Below are positions 17,841-28,071 of a stretch of DNA of 64,000 nt, piece by piece; within the stretch, counting starts at the first letter, position 1; every line of letters begins with the position of its first letter. The stretch comes from Alphaproteobacteria bacterium (GTDB taxonomy: Bacteria > Pseudomonadota > Alphaproteobacteria > UBA828), in contig CBDCQT010000010.1 in the NCBI GenBank assembly GCA_965220745.1, forward strand, positions 480,001 through 544,000. Direction: 5' to 3'. The notes under the pieces are model-generated. The model was given only the letters and a program-made list of their open reading frames with translations. It was not told where the DNA came from and did not search any database. The position numbers and the translations under genes are program-made.

Positions 17841-19367
17841 ATGGCTAGAGCCAGGAGCCGAGGCAGGCGGGTCGCAGACCGGAACGCTGTCGAACAATCG
17901 CCCTTCGGGCAGGTCCCCAATCCCTATGACCCGATGCGGGTTCTCTCCGACGATCAGGTCGAGGCCCTTCATCATGCCTCGCTGCGGGTTCTCCGTGACA
18001 ACGGCATGGAGTTCCAGCTACCGCGCGCGGTGGAAATCCTGCGCGAGGCCGGTGCAACGGTCGGCGAGGACGGCAAGCGGGTTCATTTCGATCCCGCCTT
18101 CGTCGAGGAGAAGCTCGAGACGGTGCCGCGCAGGTTCACGCTGCACGGCCGCTCCAGCCATCGCGATCTCGAATTCGGCGGCAACGATGCCATCTGGGGC
18201 AGCGTGGGCTCGGCGCCCAATGTGTCGGATCGAGAGCGCGGCAGGGTCACGGGCAATTTCGAGGATTACAAGAATCTCATCCGGCTCTGTCACGCGCTCA
18301 ACGCGGTGCACGCGCTCGCCGGCTACCCCGTGGAGCCCGTCGACCTGCCGGTTCGCACGCGCCATCTGCACGCGGTGGCCGCGTCGGTCACGCTCACAGA
18401 CAAGCCCGTCTTCGGCTACGCGATCGGCCACGAGCGAATGGCGGATGCGATCGAGATCGCGCGCATCGCGCGCGGCATCGGTCACGACGATCTCCTGCGC
18501 CAGCCTTCGATCCACACGGTCGTCAATTCCAACTCGCCCCTGATCTACGACGGCGGGCTCCTGGAAGGCGCGATCGTGATGGCAGAGCTGAATCAACCGG
18601 TGGTTTACACCCCGTTCACTCTCTCGGGCGCCATGGCGCCGATCAACGTCGCAGGCGCGCTCGTGCTCCAGAACGCCGAAGCGCTCGCCGGGATCGTCTT
18701 CTCCCAGTGCGTCAATCCCGGTGCGCCGGCCGTCTACGGCAGCTTCACCTCGAACGTGGACATGAAGTCGGGCTCGCCGGCCTTCGGAACGCCGGAATAC
18801 GCCAAGGCCACCATCGCCACCGGCCAACTCGCGCGGCGCTACGGCATCCCGTGGCGCTCATCCAACGCCACAGCGTCCAACGCGGCCGACGCCCAGGCGG
18901 CATACGAATCGCAGATGTCCATCTGGCCGGTCGTCCTCGCCCAGGCCAACTACATCATCCACGGGTTCGGCTGGATCGAAGGCGGGCTTTGCGCGTCCTA
19001 CGAGAAGTTCATCATGGACGCCGAAATGGTCCAGATGATGCAGGCGTTTCTGAAGCCTCTGGATACCAGCGAGGAAGAGTTGGGTCTCGACGCCATCGCC
19101 GAGGTCGGCCCCGGCGGCCACTTCTTCGGCTGCGACCACACGATGGCACGCTACGAGACCGCCTTCTACCGGCCGATGCTCTCGGACTGGCGCAATTTCG
19201 AGAACTGGCGCGACGCCGGCGCGGTCGAGACATCGGACCGGGCCACGCGCATCTGGAAGCAGCTTCTTGCCGACTACGAAGCACCGTCGCTCGACCCCGC
19301 CATCGCCGAGGAGCTTGACGCGTTCGTGGCGCAGCGTGTCGCCGAAGGGGGCGCCCCGGAACGCTGA
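17841..19367 (+). CDS. Trimethylamine methyltransferase family (MttB superfamily, non-pyrrolysine)
   Basis: NSNSPL, LSGAMAP..AGALVLQNAEALAG, VDMKSGSPAFGTPE, GWIEGGL, GPGGHF. No in-frame TAG. Confidence 0.9.
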   Translation: MARARSRGRRVADRNAVEQSPFGQVPNPYDPMRVLSDDQVEALHHASLRVLRDNGMEFQLPRAVEILREAGATVGEDGKRVHFDPAFVEEKLETVPRRFTLHGRSSHRDLEFGGNDAIWGSVGSAPNVSDRERGRVTGNFEDYKNLIRLCHALNAVHALAGYPVEPVDLPVRTRHLHAVAASVTLTDKPVFGYAIGHERMADAIEIARIARGIGHDDLLRQPSIHTVVNSNSPLIYDGGLLEGAIVMAELNQPVVYTPFTLSGAMAPINVAGALVLQNAEALAGIVFSQCVNPGAPAVYGSFTSNVDMKSGSPAFGTPEYAKATIATGQLARRYGIPWRSSNATASNAADAQAAYESQMSIWPVVLAQANYIIHGFGWIEGGLCASYEKFIMDAEMVQMMQAFLKPLDTSEEELGLDAIAEVGPGGHFFGCDHTMARYETAFYRPMLSDWRNFENWRDAGAVETSDRATRIWKQLLADYEAPSLDPAIAEELDAFVAQRVAEGGAPER

Positions 19368-19463
19368 CCGGCGGCAACGCAGGTGTTGTCTCGCCCGGCG
19401 CATTTCGGTCTAATCCCCCCGCCTTAAGGGGAAGCGCAGGTGCCGCGCCACAGGGAGTCACCG

Positions 19464-19766
19464 ATGGCCTATCAAGTCACGGAAAAGGACCTTTACGTCG
19501 TCGACGAGTTCATGGCCAAGCCGATTGGCCACCACAGCCCCGACCTGCAGCGGGTACTCAACACGCTGAGGGGTGCCGACGTGAAGGGCAAGCACTGCCT
19601 GGTCTGCACCAAGCCGGGCCGCGAATGGCGCCTGGCCCAGCTCTCGGGCGTGCGCGGCAAGCCCGTGAAGCTGCTCGACAAGACCTTCGACAATATCGAC
19701 GACGCCGAGCGTTACGTCTTCCGCTTGCGCTGGAAGCAGCACACCGGCAAGGCGCTGCCTGAGTAA
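19464..19766 (+). CDS. N,N-dimethylformamidase small (alpha) subunit-like protein
   Basis: EF..PIGHHSPDLQRVLN.LR...AE..VFRLRW pattern, directly upstream of the large subunit. Confidence 0.75.
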   Translation: MAYQVTEKDLYVVDEFMAKPIGHHSPDLQRVLNTLRGADVKGKHCLVCTKPGREWRLAQLSGVRGKPVKLLDKTFDNIDDAERYVFRLRWKQHTGKALPE

Positions 19767-19841
19767 CCGCCGCAATCGCCACCGCGCGCGCGGCCCTCTG
19801 CACCACCGACAATCTACCGCCAGGCCCTGGGGGAGCTACAC

Positions 19842-22094
19842 ATGACCAGAATCGCGGGCTATGCCGACCGCGTCAGCGTGACGCCGGGAGAGACCATCAA
19901 CTTCATGGTGAGTTCCGAAGCCCCCTCCTACAAGTGCGACATCGTTCGCCTCATCTGCGGCGACGAAAACCCCGACGGCCCCGGCGTCAAGGAGCAGGTG
20001 GTCCGCACCAGCGCGAGCGGCACCTACAAGGGGCGCAAACAGGTCTGTTACGACGGCTCCTTCATGGAGGTCCCGGCTCATCCCGCGATCCAGGGCTTGG
20101 AGAGCTTCACCTTCCAGGCCTTCATCTGGCCGACGACGCCCGATCGCGGCACCCAGGCGCTGATCTCCAACTGGCGCGACCGCGACAAGGCGGGTGCCGC
20201 GCTCATCATCACCAAGCAGGACGGCTCGCTCGCGCTCTGCCTCGGCGACGGCGACGGCAATATCGAGGTGACCGCCACCAATCGGCCGTTGATCCCGCAC
20301 CAGTGGTATTTCGTCGCCGCGACCTACAACGCCGAGACCAAGCAGATCACGCTGGTGCAGCAGCCGATCAACGACTACCCCAACGTCGACCACGCCCGCG
20401 TCCTGAAGAAGAAATCGGAGCTCAGCGGGCCGGGCAAGCACGACGCGCCGCTCACCATGGGCGGCTACTTCCGGCGTGTCGACAAGGGCCGCACGGTCTG
20501 CGGCGGCTTCTACAACGGGCGCATCGACAGCCCCCGCGTCGCTAACCGCGTGCTGACCCCGGCGGAGATGGAGCTTGCCAAGACCCGCCCGGTGGACGGC
20601 GCGCTCGCCACCTCCATCGTCGGCGCCTGGGACTTCTCCCAGGGCATCAAGACGACGACGGCGACCGATCTCTCCGCCAACGCCTTGCACGGCAGCCTCG
20701 TCAATCTGCCGACCCGCGCCGTCACCGGCTGGTGCTGGGACGGCAGCGAGATGAACTGGCAGAACGCGCCGGAGCAATACGGCGCGATCCACTTCCACGA
20801 GGACGACGTCTACGACGCGCGCTGGGAAGTCGACTTCTCGCTCACCTGCCCGAAGCGGCTGAAGAGTGGCGTCTATGCCGCGAGGCTCCGGGGCGAAGGC
20901 GGCGGCGAGGAATACATCCCCTTCGCCGTACGCGCCCCGCGCGGCGCGCCGACCGCGAAGATCTGCTTCCTGCTGCCGACCGCGAGCTACATGGCCTACG
21001 CCAACACCAACATGTCCACCAACATGGGCGCGGCGCAGATTCTCACCGGCCGGCTAACGGTGCTGAACGAGAAGAACCTTCAGCGCAGCGAGCACCGGGA
21101 GTACGGCACCTCGCTCTACGACAGCCACATCGACGGCAGCGGCATCTGCTACTCCTCGCGGCTCAGGCCGGTCCTGAATTTCCGCCCGAAGGCGCTGGAA
21201 TGGATCGGCGGCAGCGAATCCACGCTCTGGCAGTTCAACGCCGACACCCACCTCACCGAGTGGCTGGAGGCGAAGGGCTTCGAGTACGACGTCGTCACCG
21301 ACGAGGACCTGCACTACGAGGGCCTGGCGGCGATCCAGGACTACACGGTGGTGCTCACCGGCTCGCATCCCGAGTACCACTCCAAGGCGATGTGGGATGC
21401 GATGTACGCTTACCAGCAGCGCGGCGGGCGGCTCATGTACATGGGCGCCAACGGCTGGTACTGGCGCATCGCCTACCACACCGAGGTGCCGGGCTGCATC
21501 GAGGTACGCCGCGCCGAGGACGGCATCCGCACCTGGATCGCCCGCCCCGGCGAGTACTATCACAGCTTCACCGGCGAGTACGGCGGCCTCTGGCGGCGCA
21601 ACGGCCGCCCGCCGCAGGTCATCGCCGGCACCGGCTTCAGCGCTCAGGGCTTCGACATTTCGTCCTACTACGTGCGCCAGCCGGACAGCTTCAAGAAGGA
21701 GGTCGCCTGGATCTGCGAAGGCATCGGCAAGGACGAGAGGATCGGCGACTTCGGGCTGATCGGTGGCGGCGCGGCGGGGCTGGAGCTCGACCGGGCCGAC
21801 CCGCTATTGGGCACGCCGCCCAACACGTACGTGCTCGCGAGTTCGGAAGGCCACACCGACCTCTACCTCGTGGTCTGCGAGGAGCTCGACGTGAACCGAC
21901 CTAACTGCGACGGCACGCAGGACCCGCTGGTGCGTGCCGACATCGTGTTTTACGAGACCCCGAACGGCGGCGCCGTGTTCTCTACTAGCTCGATATCCTG
22001 GTGCGGGAGCCTCGCTCACAACGACCACGACAACAACGTCTCGCGCATGACCGAGAACGTCCTGCGCCGCTTCGCCGATCCGACCCCGTTCTGA
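19842..22094 (+). CDS. N,N-dimethylformamidase large (beta) subunit family protein
   Basis: LamG-like N-domain, AIHFHEDD, SYMAYAN, SLYDSH, GSHPEY, GLELDR. Confidence 0.9.
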   Translation: MTRIAGYADRVSVTPGETINFMVSSEAPSYKCDIVRLICGDENPDGPGVKEQVVRTSASGTYKGRKQVCYDGSFMEVPAHPAIQGLESFTFQAFIWPTTPDRGTQALISNWRDRDKAGAALIITKQDGSLALCLGDGDGNIEVTATNRPLIPHQWYFVAATYNAETKQITLVQQPINDYPNVDHARVLKKKSELSGPGKHDAPLTMGGYFRRVDKGRTVCGGFYNGRIDSPRVANRVLTPAEMELAKTRPVDGALATSIVGAWDFSQGIKTTTATDLSANALHGSLVNLPTRAVTGWCWDGSEMNWQNAPEQYGAIHFHEDDVYDARWEVDFSLTCPKRLKSGVYAARLRGEGGGEEYIPFAVRAPRGAPTAKICFLLPTASYMAYANTNMSTNMGAAQILTGRLTVLNEKNLQRSEHREYGTSLYDSHIDGSGICYSSRLRPVLNFRPKALEWIGGSESTLWQFNADTHLTEWLEAKGFEYDVVTDEDLHYEGLAAIQDYTVVLTGSHPEYHSKAMWDAMYAYQQRGGRLMYMGANGWYWRIAYHTEVPGCIEVRRAEDGIRTWIARPGEYYHSFTGEYGGLWRRNGRPPQVIAGTGFSAQGFDISSYYVRQPDSFKKEVAWICEGIGKDERIGDFGLIGGGAAGLELDRADPLLGTPPNTYVLASSEGHTDLYLVVCEELDVNRPNCDGTQDPLVRADIVFYETPNGGAVFSTSSISWCGSLAHNDHDNNVSRMTENVLRRFADPTPF

Positions 22095-22128
22095 GCGAGA
22101 CCCGGACCGGACGTCACCGGGGGCCGCG

Positions 22129-22881
22129 ATGAGCGGCCCCGTCCTGGAGGTCGAGGCCCTCACCAAGCGTTTCGGCAAGGTCACCGCCGTCGATGCGGTG
22201 AGCTTCGCGGTCGGACGCGGAACGACCGCAGCCCTGCTCGGCGCCAACGGCGCCGGCAAGACCACCACCCTGGCGATGGTCCTGGGTCTGCTGCTGCCGA
22301 GCGCGGGCTCGGTGCGCATCTTCGGCCACGACCTGGCGTCCAACCGCTATGCGCTGCTGCCGCGCATGAACTTCTCCTCGCCTTACACGGACCTGCCGCA
22401 CCGGCTCACGGTGCGCGAGAACCTCACCGTCTACGCCAGGCTCTACAACCTCGACGGCGTGCGAGGGCGGATCGAGCGGATGGCCGAGACCCTCGATCTC
22501 GGCGACTTCCTCAAGCGGCCCACGGGCAAGCTCTCGGCCGGGCAGCGCACGCGCGTCGCGCTCGCCAAGGCGCTACTCAATGATCCGGAGCTGCTGCTGC
22601 TTGACGAGCCCTCCGCCTCGCTCGATCCCGACACGGCCGACTGGGTGCGGGGCGTGATCGAGCGCTATCGCGCCGAGACCGGCGCCACGATCCTGCTCGC
22701 TTCGCACAACATGGCCGAGGTCGAGCGGCTCTGCGACGACGTGTTCGTGATGGCAGGCGGCCGCATCGTCGAGAGCGGCACGCCCAAGGCCATGATCGAG
22801 CGCCACGCCCGCAGCACGCTAGAGGAGGTCTTCCTCGAAATCGTGCGGGGCAAGGCCGGCTTAGAGGAGGCGGCGCAATGA
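22129..22881 (+). CDS. ABC-2 exporter ATP-binding protein
   Basis: GANGAGKTT, LSAGQ, LLDEP. Confidence 0.85.
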   Translation: MSGPVLEVEALTKRFGKVTAVDAVSFAVGRGTTAALLGANGAGKTTTLAMVLGLLLPSAGSVRIFGHDLASNRYALLPRMNFSSPYTDLPHRLTVRENLTVYARLYNLDGVRGRIERMAETLDLGDFLKRPTGKLSAGQRTRVALAKALLNDPELLLLDEPSASLDPDTADWVRGVIERYRAETGATILLASHNMAEVERLCDDVFVMAGGRIVESGTPKAMIERHARSTLEEVFLEIVRGKAGLEEAAQ

Positions 22882-23708
22882 TGGGGGACGATGCGACACG
22901 GACTTTGCCCTTGCATGGCTCCGCACAGCGGATCGGTGCGATGGTGCTGCGCCATACCTACCTGCTGCGGCGCTCCTGGCCGCGCCTGCTGGAGCTCACG
23001 TACTGGCCCACGGTGCAGATGATCATCTGGGGCCTGGTCACCATGTTCCTCGTCACCAACAGCACGTGGTTCGCGCAGGCCGCAGGCGTCCTGCTTGCAG
23101 GCGTCATCCTCTGGGACGTGATGTTCCGCGGCCAGATCGGGCTTTCCCTCGTGTTCATCGAGGAGATGTGGGCGCGCAATCTCGGCCACCTCTTCGTGAG
23201 CCCCTTGCGCCCGTGGGAGCTGATCTGCGCGCTCATGCTGATCAGCCTGATTCGCACGCTGATCGGGATGACCGGCGCGGTGGGCCTCGCCTTCGTGCTC
23301 TACGCGTTCTCGATCTTCGATCTCGGCTTCGCGCTGATCGGCTTTTTCGTGAACCTGATCGTGATGGGCTGGGCCGTGGGATTCTTCGTCTGCGGCCTGG
23401 TGCTGCGCTACGGCCTGGGCGCGGAGAGCCTCGCCTGGTTCCTGATCTTCGCGCTGGCGCCGTTCAGTTGCGTCTATTATCCGCTCTCGATCCTGCCGGA
23501 CTGGTTGGAGCCGGTGGCCGCCATCCTGCCGTCGGCCCACGTCTTCGAGGGGATGCGCGCGCTCCTGGTGGACGGCGTCTTTAGCGGCGATCACATGATG
23601 CGCGCGACCGCGCTCAACATCGGCTGGATGGCGGTGGGCATCGGCACGTTTCTCGCTTTCCTGCGCAGCGCCCGCAATCGCGGCCTGCTGCACCAGATCG
23701 GAGAGTAA
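22878..23708 (+). CDS. ABC-2 exporter permease
   Basis: Six TM-like segments, YYPLSILPDWL..LPSAHVFEGMR. Confidence 0.85.
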   Translation: MMGDDATRTLPLHGSAQRIGAMVLRHTYLLRRSWPRLLELTYWPTVQMIIWGLVTMFLVTNSTWFAQAAGVLLAGVILWDVMFRGQIGLSLVFIEEMWARNLGHLFVSPLRPWELICALMLISLIRTLIGMTGAVGLAFVLYAFSIFDLGFALIGFFVNLIVMGWAVGFFVCGLVLRYGLGAESLAWFLIFALAPFSCVYYPLSILPDWLEPVAAILPSAHVFEGMRALLVDGVFSGDHMMRATALNIGWMAVGIGTFLAFLRSARNRGLLHQIGE

Positions 23709-23712
23709 GACT

Positions 23713-24741
23713 CTAATCTGCGGGGCCGCTGACGCCCGCCGAATCGAAGGTCGCCATGCCGTTGTGCGCGGCCACCGCCATGCGCACGAGCGCGGCGGCG
23801 AGCGCTGCGCCCGAGGCCTCGCCAAGGCGCAGGCCGAGATCGAGCAGTGGGTCGAGGGAAAGCGCATCCAGCAGCAGCCGATGCCCCGGCTCTGCGGAGC
23901 GGTGGGCGACCTGTGCGTGGTCGAGGCCGTCGTCGCGCAACCTCGCAATGACGGCGGCAGCGGCGGTGCAGGCGAAGCCGTCGAGCAGCACGGGCACGCG
24001 GCAATGCCGCGCCTGGACGACCGCGCCCGCGATCGCCGCAAGCTCCCGCCCGCCGACGCAGCTGAGCGCGGCCAGTGGATCGCGGCGTGCGTCGGGATGA
24101 CGGGCGAGCGCCGCGTCCACCACCGCAGCTTTGCGCGCGAGACCGTCGGAATCGACGCCGGTGCCGGGCCCCACCCAGGAGGCACCGTCGCCGCCACAGA
24201 GCACCGCCGCGAGCGCGGCTGCGGCAGTGGTATTGCCGATCCCCATTTCGCCGAGGCAGAGCAGGTCCGCGCCCTCGTCGACCGCGGCTATCCCCGCCTC
24301 CAAGGCCTTGACGCAATCCGCCTCGCTGAGCGCCGGCGCCTGCGTCATGTCTTCGGTGGGCGTGTCGAGATCGAGGGGCACCACCGTCAACGCTGCGCCC
24401 AGCACGTCGCAGAGCTGGTTGATCGCGGCACCGCCCGCCTCGAAGTTGGCGACCATCTGCGCCGTGACCGCTGGGGGATAGGCCGAGACACCGCGCACCG
24501 CGACCCCGTGGTTGCCGGCGAAGACGACGACCTGAATACGGTCCGCGCGCGGCGGATGGCGCCCCTGCCATGCGGCGGCCCAGGTGGCGAGCGTTTCGAG
24601 CCGGCCGAGGGCGCCGGCTGGCTTGGTGAGCAGCGCATCGTGTGCCCGCGCCCGCTCCGCCGCCCGCTCGTCCGGCCCCGGCATGGCGGCCACGCGCGCG
24701 CGAAAGGCGCTCAACGAACCGAGCTGGACGTCATCGGGCAT
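23713..24741 (-). CDS. cobT: Nicotinate-nucleotide--dimethylbenzimidazole phosphoribosyltransferase
   Basis: LTKPAGALGRLE, FAGNHGV, GEMGIGNTT, GPGTG, LRLGEASGA. Confidence 0.93.
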   Translation of the reverse strand: MPDDVQLGSLSAFRARVAAMPGPDERAAERARAHDALLTKPAGALGRLETLATWAAAWQGRHPPRADRIQVVVFAGNHGVAVRGVSAYPPAVTAQMVANFEAGGAAINQLCDVLGAALTVVPLDLDTPTEDMTQAPALSEADCVKALEAGIAAVDEGADLLCLGEMGIGNTTAAAALAAVLCGGDGASWVGPGTGVDSDGLARKAAVVDAALARHPDARRDPLAALSCVGGRELAAIAGAVVQARHCRVPVLLDGFACTAAAAVIARLRDDGLDHAQVAHRSAEPGHRLLLDALSLDPLLDLGLRLGEASGAALAAALVRMAVAAHNGMATFDSAGVSGPAD

Positions 24742-24861
24742 GGCGGTTCCGCAGGCCGGTTGCCGCAAGGGGGAAAACGTGGGCTTTCTTGGCGGCGACA
24801 GCACCCTAGCCTATAAGGCCGGGGGAGGATGCCGGGCCGGGGCAGCCCGGACAAGAGGCAC

Positions 24862-25668
24862 ATGCGTTACGACGACGGCGACGAGGCTCCCCTCCAACAG
24901 AAGGCGTACCGCGCGGTGCGGCTCTGGCGGAGCGACCTTCGTGCCGCCCTGCTCTTCCTCACACGGGTGCCGTTGAAGGCGGCACGACCAGAGGGCGACG
25001 CGCGGTCCCTCGGGCGCGCGGTCCGCGCCTTCCCCATCGTGGGCGCGCTGATCGGGCTCGTCGCGGGGATCGTCTATGCGATCGCCGCTGGCATCGGCCT
25101 GCCCGACATCGTGGCGGCGGTGCTCGCCGTCGGCGCCGGCGCGCTCATCACCGGCGCGCTGCACGAGGACGGCCTCGCCGACATGGCGGACGGCTTCGGT
25201 GGCGGCAGCACGCGGGAGCGCAAGCTCGCGATCATGCGGGACAGCCGCATCGGCGCCTACGGCGTGATCGTGCTGGTGGTGGTGCTGGCGGCCAAGGTGG
25301 GCGTCATCGCCGACCTGGAGGAGATCGGCCTCGTGATCGCCTCGATGGTTGCCGCTGCCGGCGTCTCGCGCGCGGCGATGCCCGCGGTCATGCTCTGGCT
25401 GGACCCGGCACGGGACGACGGCCTCGCCGCCGATGCCGGCCGTCCGCCCTCGACCCACGTGTGGACCGGCCTCGCCATGGCGGCGGTGCTCGCCGTCGGC
25501 CTCCTGACCTGGAGCGGCCTCGTCGCCTTCCTCATCGCGGGCATCGGCACCGCCGCAGTCGCCTGGCTTGCGGAACGGCAGGTCAGCGGCCACACTGGCG
25601 ACGTTCTCGGCGGCGTCCAGCAGTTCTCCGAAGTCCTGTTCCTACTCACGCTTGCGGCGGTTCGATGA
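24862..25668 (+). CDS. cobS: Adenosylcobinamide-GDP ribazoletransferase (cobalamin synthase)
   Basis: FLTRVP, TGALHEDGLADMADG, IMRDSRIGAYG, GHTGDVLG. Confidence 0.93.
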   Translation: MRYDDGDEAPLQQKAYRAVRLWRSDLRAALLFLTRVPLKAARPEGDARSLGRAVRAFPIVGALIGLVAGIVYAIAAGIGLPDIVAAVLAVGAGALITGALHEDGLADMADGFGGGSTRERKLAIMRDSRIGAYGVIVLVVVLAAKVGVIADLEEIGLVIASMVAAAGVSRAAMPAVMLWLDPARDDGLAADAGRPPSTHVWTGLAMAAVLAVGLLTWSGLVAFLIAGIGTAAVAWLAERQVSGHTGDVLGGVQQFSEVLFLLTLAAVR

Positions 25669-26297
25669 CCACCACGACAACTGTGACCCGGTGGTGGTGG
25701 GTGCGCCACGCACCCGTCACCGACCACGGCGGCCGGCTCTACGGCCGCACCAACGTGCCCGCCAACACCAGCGAGCGGCCGCGTTTCGAAGGGTTGGCCC
25801 GTGCGCTGCCGCAGGATGCCGTGTGGCTCACCAGCAACCTGCTGCGCACCCACCAGACCGCCGATGCGATTGCCGAGGCGGGCCACGCGGTGCCCGAGCG
25901 GGTCATCGAGGCGGACCTGGACGAGCAGGATTTCGGCGCCTGGCATGGCCTCACCTGGAGCGAGGTCGCCTCCGAGCGGGGCAGCAGCCTCGCCCACAAG
26001 TACTGGGTCGCGCCTGCGCACATCACGCCGCCGGAGGGCGAGAGCTTCGTCCAGGTCGTCGAGCGCGTCACCGCCGCGGTCGAGCGCAGCACGACGCAGC
26101 ACGCCGGCCGGGACATCGTGGCCGTGGCCCACGGCGGCTCGATCCGCGCGGCGCTTGCGCTGGCGCTCGGCCTCGATGCGGAGCGCGCGCTCGCCTTCAG
26201 CATCGACAATCTCTCGATCACTCGCATCGACCACGTAGACGGCCCCGCCAGGGGCCAGGCTTGGCGCGTGGCCGCCGTCAACCTGCCGCCGGATTAG
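25665..26297 (+). CDS. cobC: Histidine phosphatase (alpha-ribazole phosphatase-like)
   Basis: VRHAP, EQDFGAW, PPEGES, AHGG. Coupled to cobS by ATGA overlap. Confidence 0.75.
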   Translation: MTTTTTVTRWWWVRHAPVTDHGGRLYGRTNVPANTSERPRFEGLARALPQDAVWLTSNLLRTHQTADAIAEAGHAVPERVIEADLDEQDFGAWHGLTWSEVASERGSSLAHKYWVAPAHITPPEGESFVQVVERVTAAVERSTTQHAGRDIVAVAHGGSIRAALALALGLDAERALAFSIDNLSITRIDHVDGPARGQAWRVAAVNLPPD

Positions 26298-26360
26298 AGC
26301 GCGTCCGACTTTGACGGTCGCGCGGCTGCGCAGGGCGGGCGGAGCGCGTAGACTCGCGCC

Positions 26361-27683
26361 ATGACACCCCAGGACGCGCCGAGCCTGTTCGAGAACGCAG
26401 CGCCGAGGCCGCTGGCCGACCGGCTGCGGCCGCGCACGCTCGACGAAGTGGTGGGTCAGGACCATCTGCTTCGCCCCGACGGCCCGCTCGGGCGGATGGT
26501 GGCGAGCGGCGCACTGGCGTCGACCGTCCTCTGGGGGCCGCCGGGCTGCGGCAAGACCACCATCGCGCGCCTGCTCGCCGATCACACGGACATGCTGTTC
26601 GCGCCGCTGAGCGCGGTCTTCTCCGGCGTCGCCGAGCTGCGCAAGGTGTTCGCCGATGCGCGCGAGCACCGCGCCGGCGGCACCGGCACCCTGCTCTTCG
26701 TCGACGAGATTCACCGCTTCAACCGGGCACAGCAGGACGCGTTCCTGCCCGTGGTCGAGGACGGGACGGTCGTGCTGGTGGGCGCCACCACCGAGAACCC
26801 TTCCTTCGAGCTCAATGGCGCCCTGCTCTCGCGTTGCGCGGTGCTGGTGCTCAACCGGCTGGACGACGGCGCGCTGGAAACGTTGCTGACCCGCTGCGAG
26901 GAAGCCGAGGGCCGCACGCTGCCACTCGAGCCCGACGCCCGCCCCATGCTGCGCGCCATGGCCGACGGCGACGGCCGCGCGCTGATCAACATGGCCGAGG
27001 CCCTGTTCGCGGCTGGCGCCACCGTGCCGCTCGACGTGCCGCAGCTGATGGAGACCGTGCAGCGCCGCGCGCCCCTCTACGACAAGTCGCAGGAGGGCCA
27101 CTACAACCTGATTTCGGCGCTGCACAAGTCGCTGCGGGGCTCGGACACCGACGCGGCGCTCTATTGGCTCGCGCGCATGCTCGCCGGCGGCGAGGACCCG
27201 CGCTACATCGCGCGGCGCCTGGTGCGCTTCGCGGTCGAGGACGTGGGGCTCGCCGACCCGGACGCGCTGCCCCAGGCGCTCGCCGGCTGGGAGGCCTACG
27301 AGCGGCTGGGCTCGCCGGAAGGCGAGCTCGCCATCGCCCAGACCGTGATCTATCTCGGCACCGCCGCGAAATCGAACGCGAGCTACCGCGCCCTCGGCCG
27401 GGCCATGCAGTCCGCGCGCGAGACCGGCTCGCTGATGCCGCCCAAGCACATCCTCAACGCGCCGACGCGACTGATGAAGGACCTCGGCTATAGCGAGGGC
27501 TACGTCTACGACCACGACACCGAGGAGGGTTTCTCGGGCCAGAATTACTTCCCCGAAGAGATGCCGCGCCGCAGTTTCTACGCGCCGCGGGCGCGCGGCT
27601 TCGAGCGGGAGGTGCGGAAGCGCCTCGCCTACTGGCAGAAGCTGCGCGAAGGCGGCGACGCCGGGCCGGAGGACGAGGCGTGA
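26361..27683 (+). CDS. rarA: Replication-associated recombination protein A
   Basis: PLADRLRP, WGPPGCGKTT, DEIHRFN, ISALHKSLRGSD. Confidence 0.95.
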   Translation: MTPQDAPSLFENAAPRPLADRLRPRTLDEVVGQDHLLRPDGPLGRMVASGALASTVLWGPPGCGKTTIARLLADHTDMLFAPLSAVFSGVAELRKVFADAREHRAGGTGTLLFVDEIHRFNRAQQDAFLPVVEDGTVVLVGATTENPSFELNGALLSRCAVLVLNRLDDGALETLLTRCEEAEGRTLPLEPDARPMLRAMADGDGRALINMAEALFAAGATVPLDVPQLMETVQRRAPLYDKSQEGHYNLISALHKSLRGSDTDAALYWLARMLAGGEDPRYIARRLVRFAVEDVGLADPDALPQALAGWEAYERLGSPEGELAIAQTVIYLGTAAKSNASYRALGRAMQSARETGSLMPPKHILNAPTRLMKDLGYSEGYVYDHDTEEGFSGQNYFPEEMPRRSFYAPRARGFEREVRKRLAYWQKLREGGDAGPEDEA

Positions 27684-28069
27684 AGGTCGCACTCGCCATC
27701 GCGCTGGGCGGTGCATTGGGCTCGGTCGGGCGCTACTACGTCATGGGTGCGGCCGAGCGCTGGCTCACCTCGCTGATCGGCGCGGGCTTCCCCTACGGCA
27801 CGCTCACCGTGAACGTTGTGGGCTCCTTCATCCTGGGCGCGCTGGTGCACGGCCTCGCGGTCGCATTCGATGCGGGCGAGGTGGTGCAGCGTTTCCTCTT
27901 CGTGGGCCTGCTCGGCGGCTTCACCACCTTCTCCGCCTTCTCGGCGGACAGCATCGCGCTGCTGGAGCGGGGCGAGGTCGGCCGGGCGCTGCTCTACATC
28001 GTGCTCTCGGTGGTGCTTTCGGTCGGCGGGTTCTACTGCGGGCTTAGGCTGATCCGCGCGGTGCTCTGA
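27680..28069 (+). CDS. crcB: Fluoride efflux channel Fluc
   Basis: GGALGSVGRY, FPYGTL.VN, GGFTTFSAF. Confidence 0.93.
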   Translation: MKVALAIALGGALGSVGRYYVMGAAERWLTSLIGAGFPYGTLTVNVVGSFILGALVHGLAVAFDAGEVVQRFLFVGLLGGFTTFSAFSADSIALLERGEVGRALLYIVLSVVLSVGGFYCGLRLIRAVL

Positions 28070-28071
28070 CC

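Noticed and set aside
17841-19367. Pyrrolysine recoding in MttB, or a link to the odd tRNA
   Set aside because: There is no in-frame TAG and no pyl genes, and the odd tRNA lacks a CUA anticodon.
23713-26297. cobT/cobS/cobC as dedicated partners of MttB
   Set aside because: They are a common housekeeping trio, separated from mttB by an unrelated ABC-2 exporter. Proximity alone is weak evidence.
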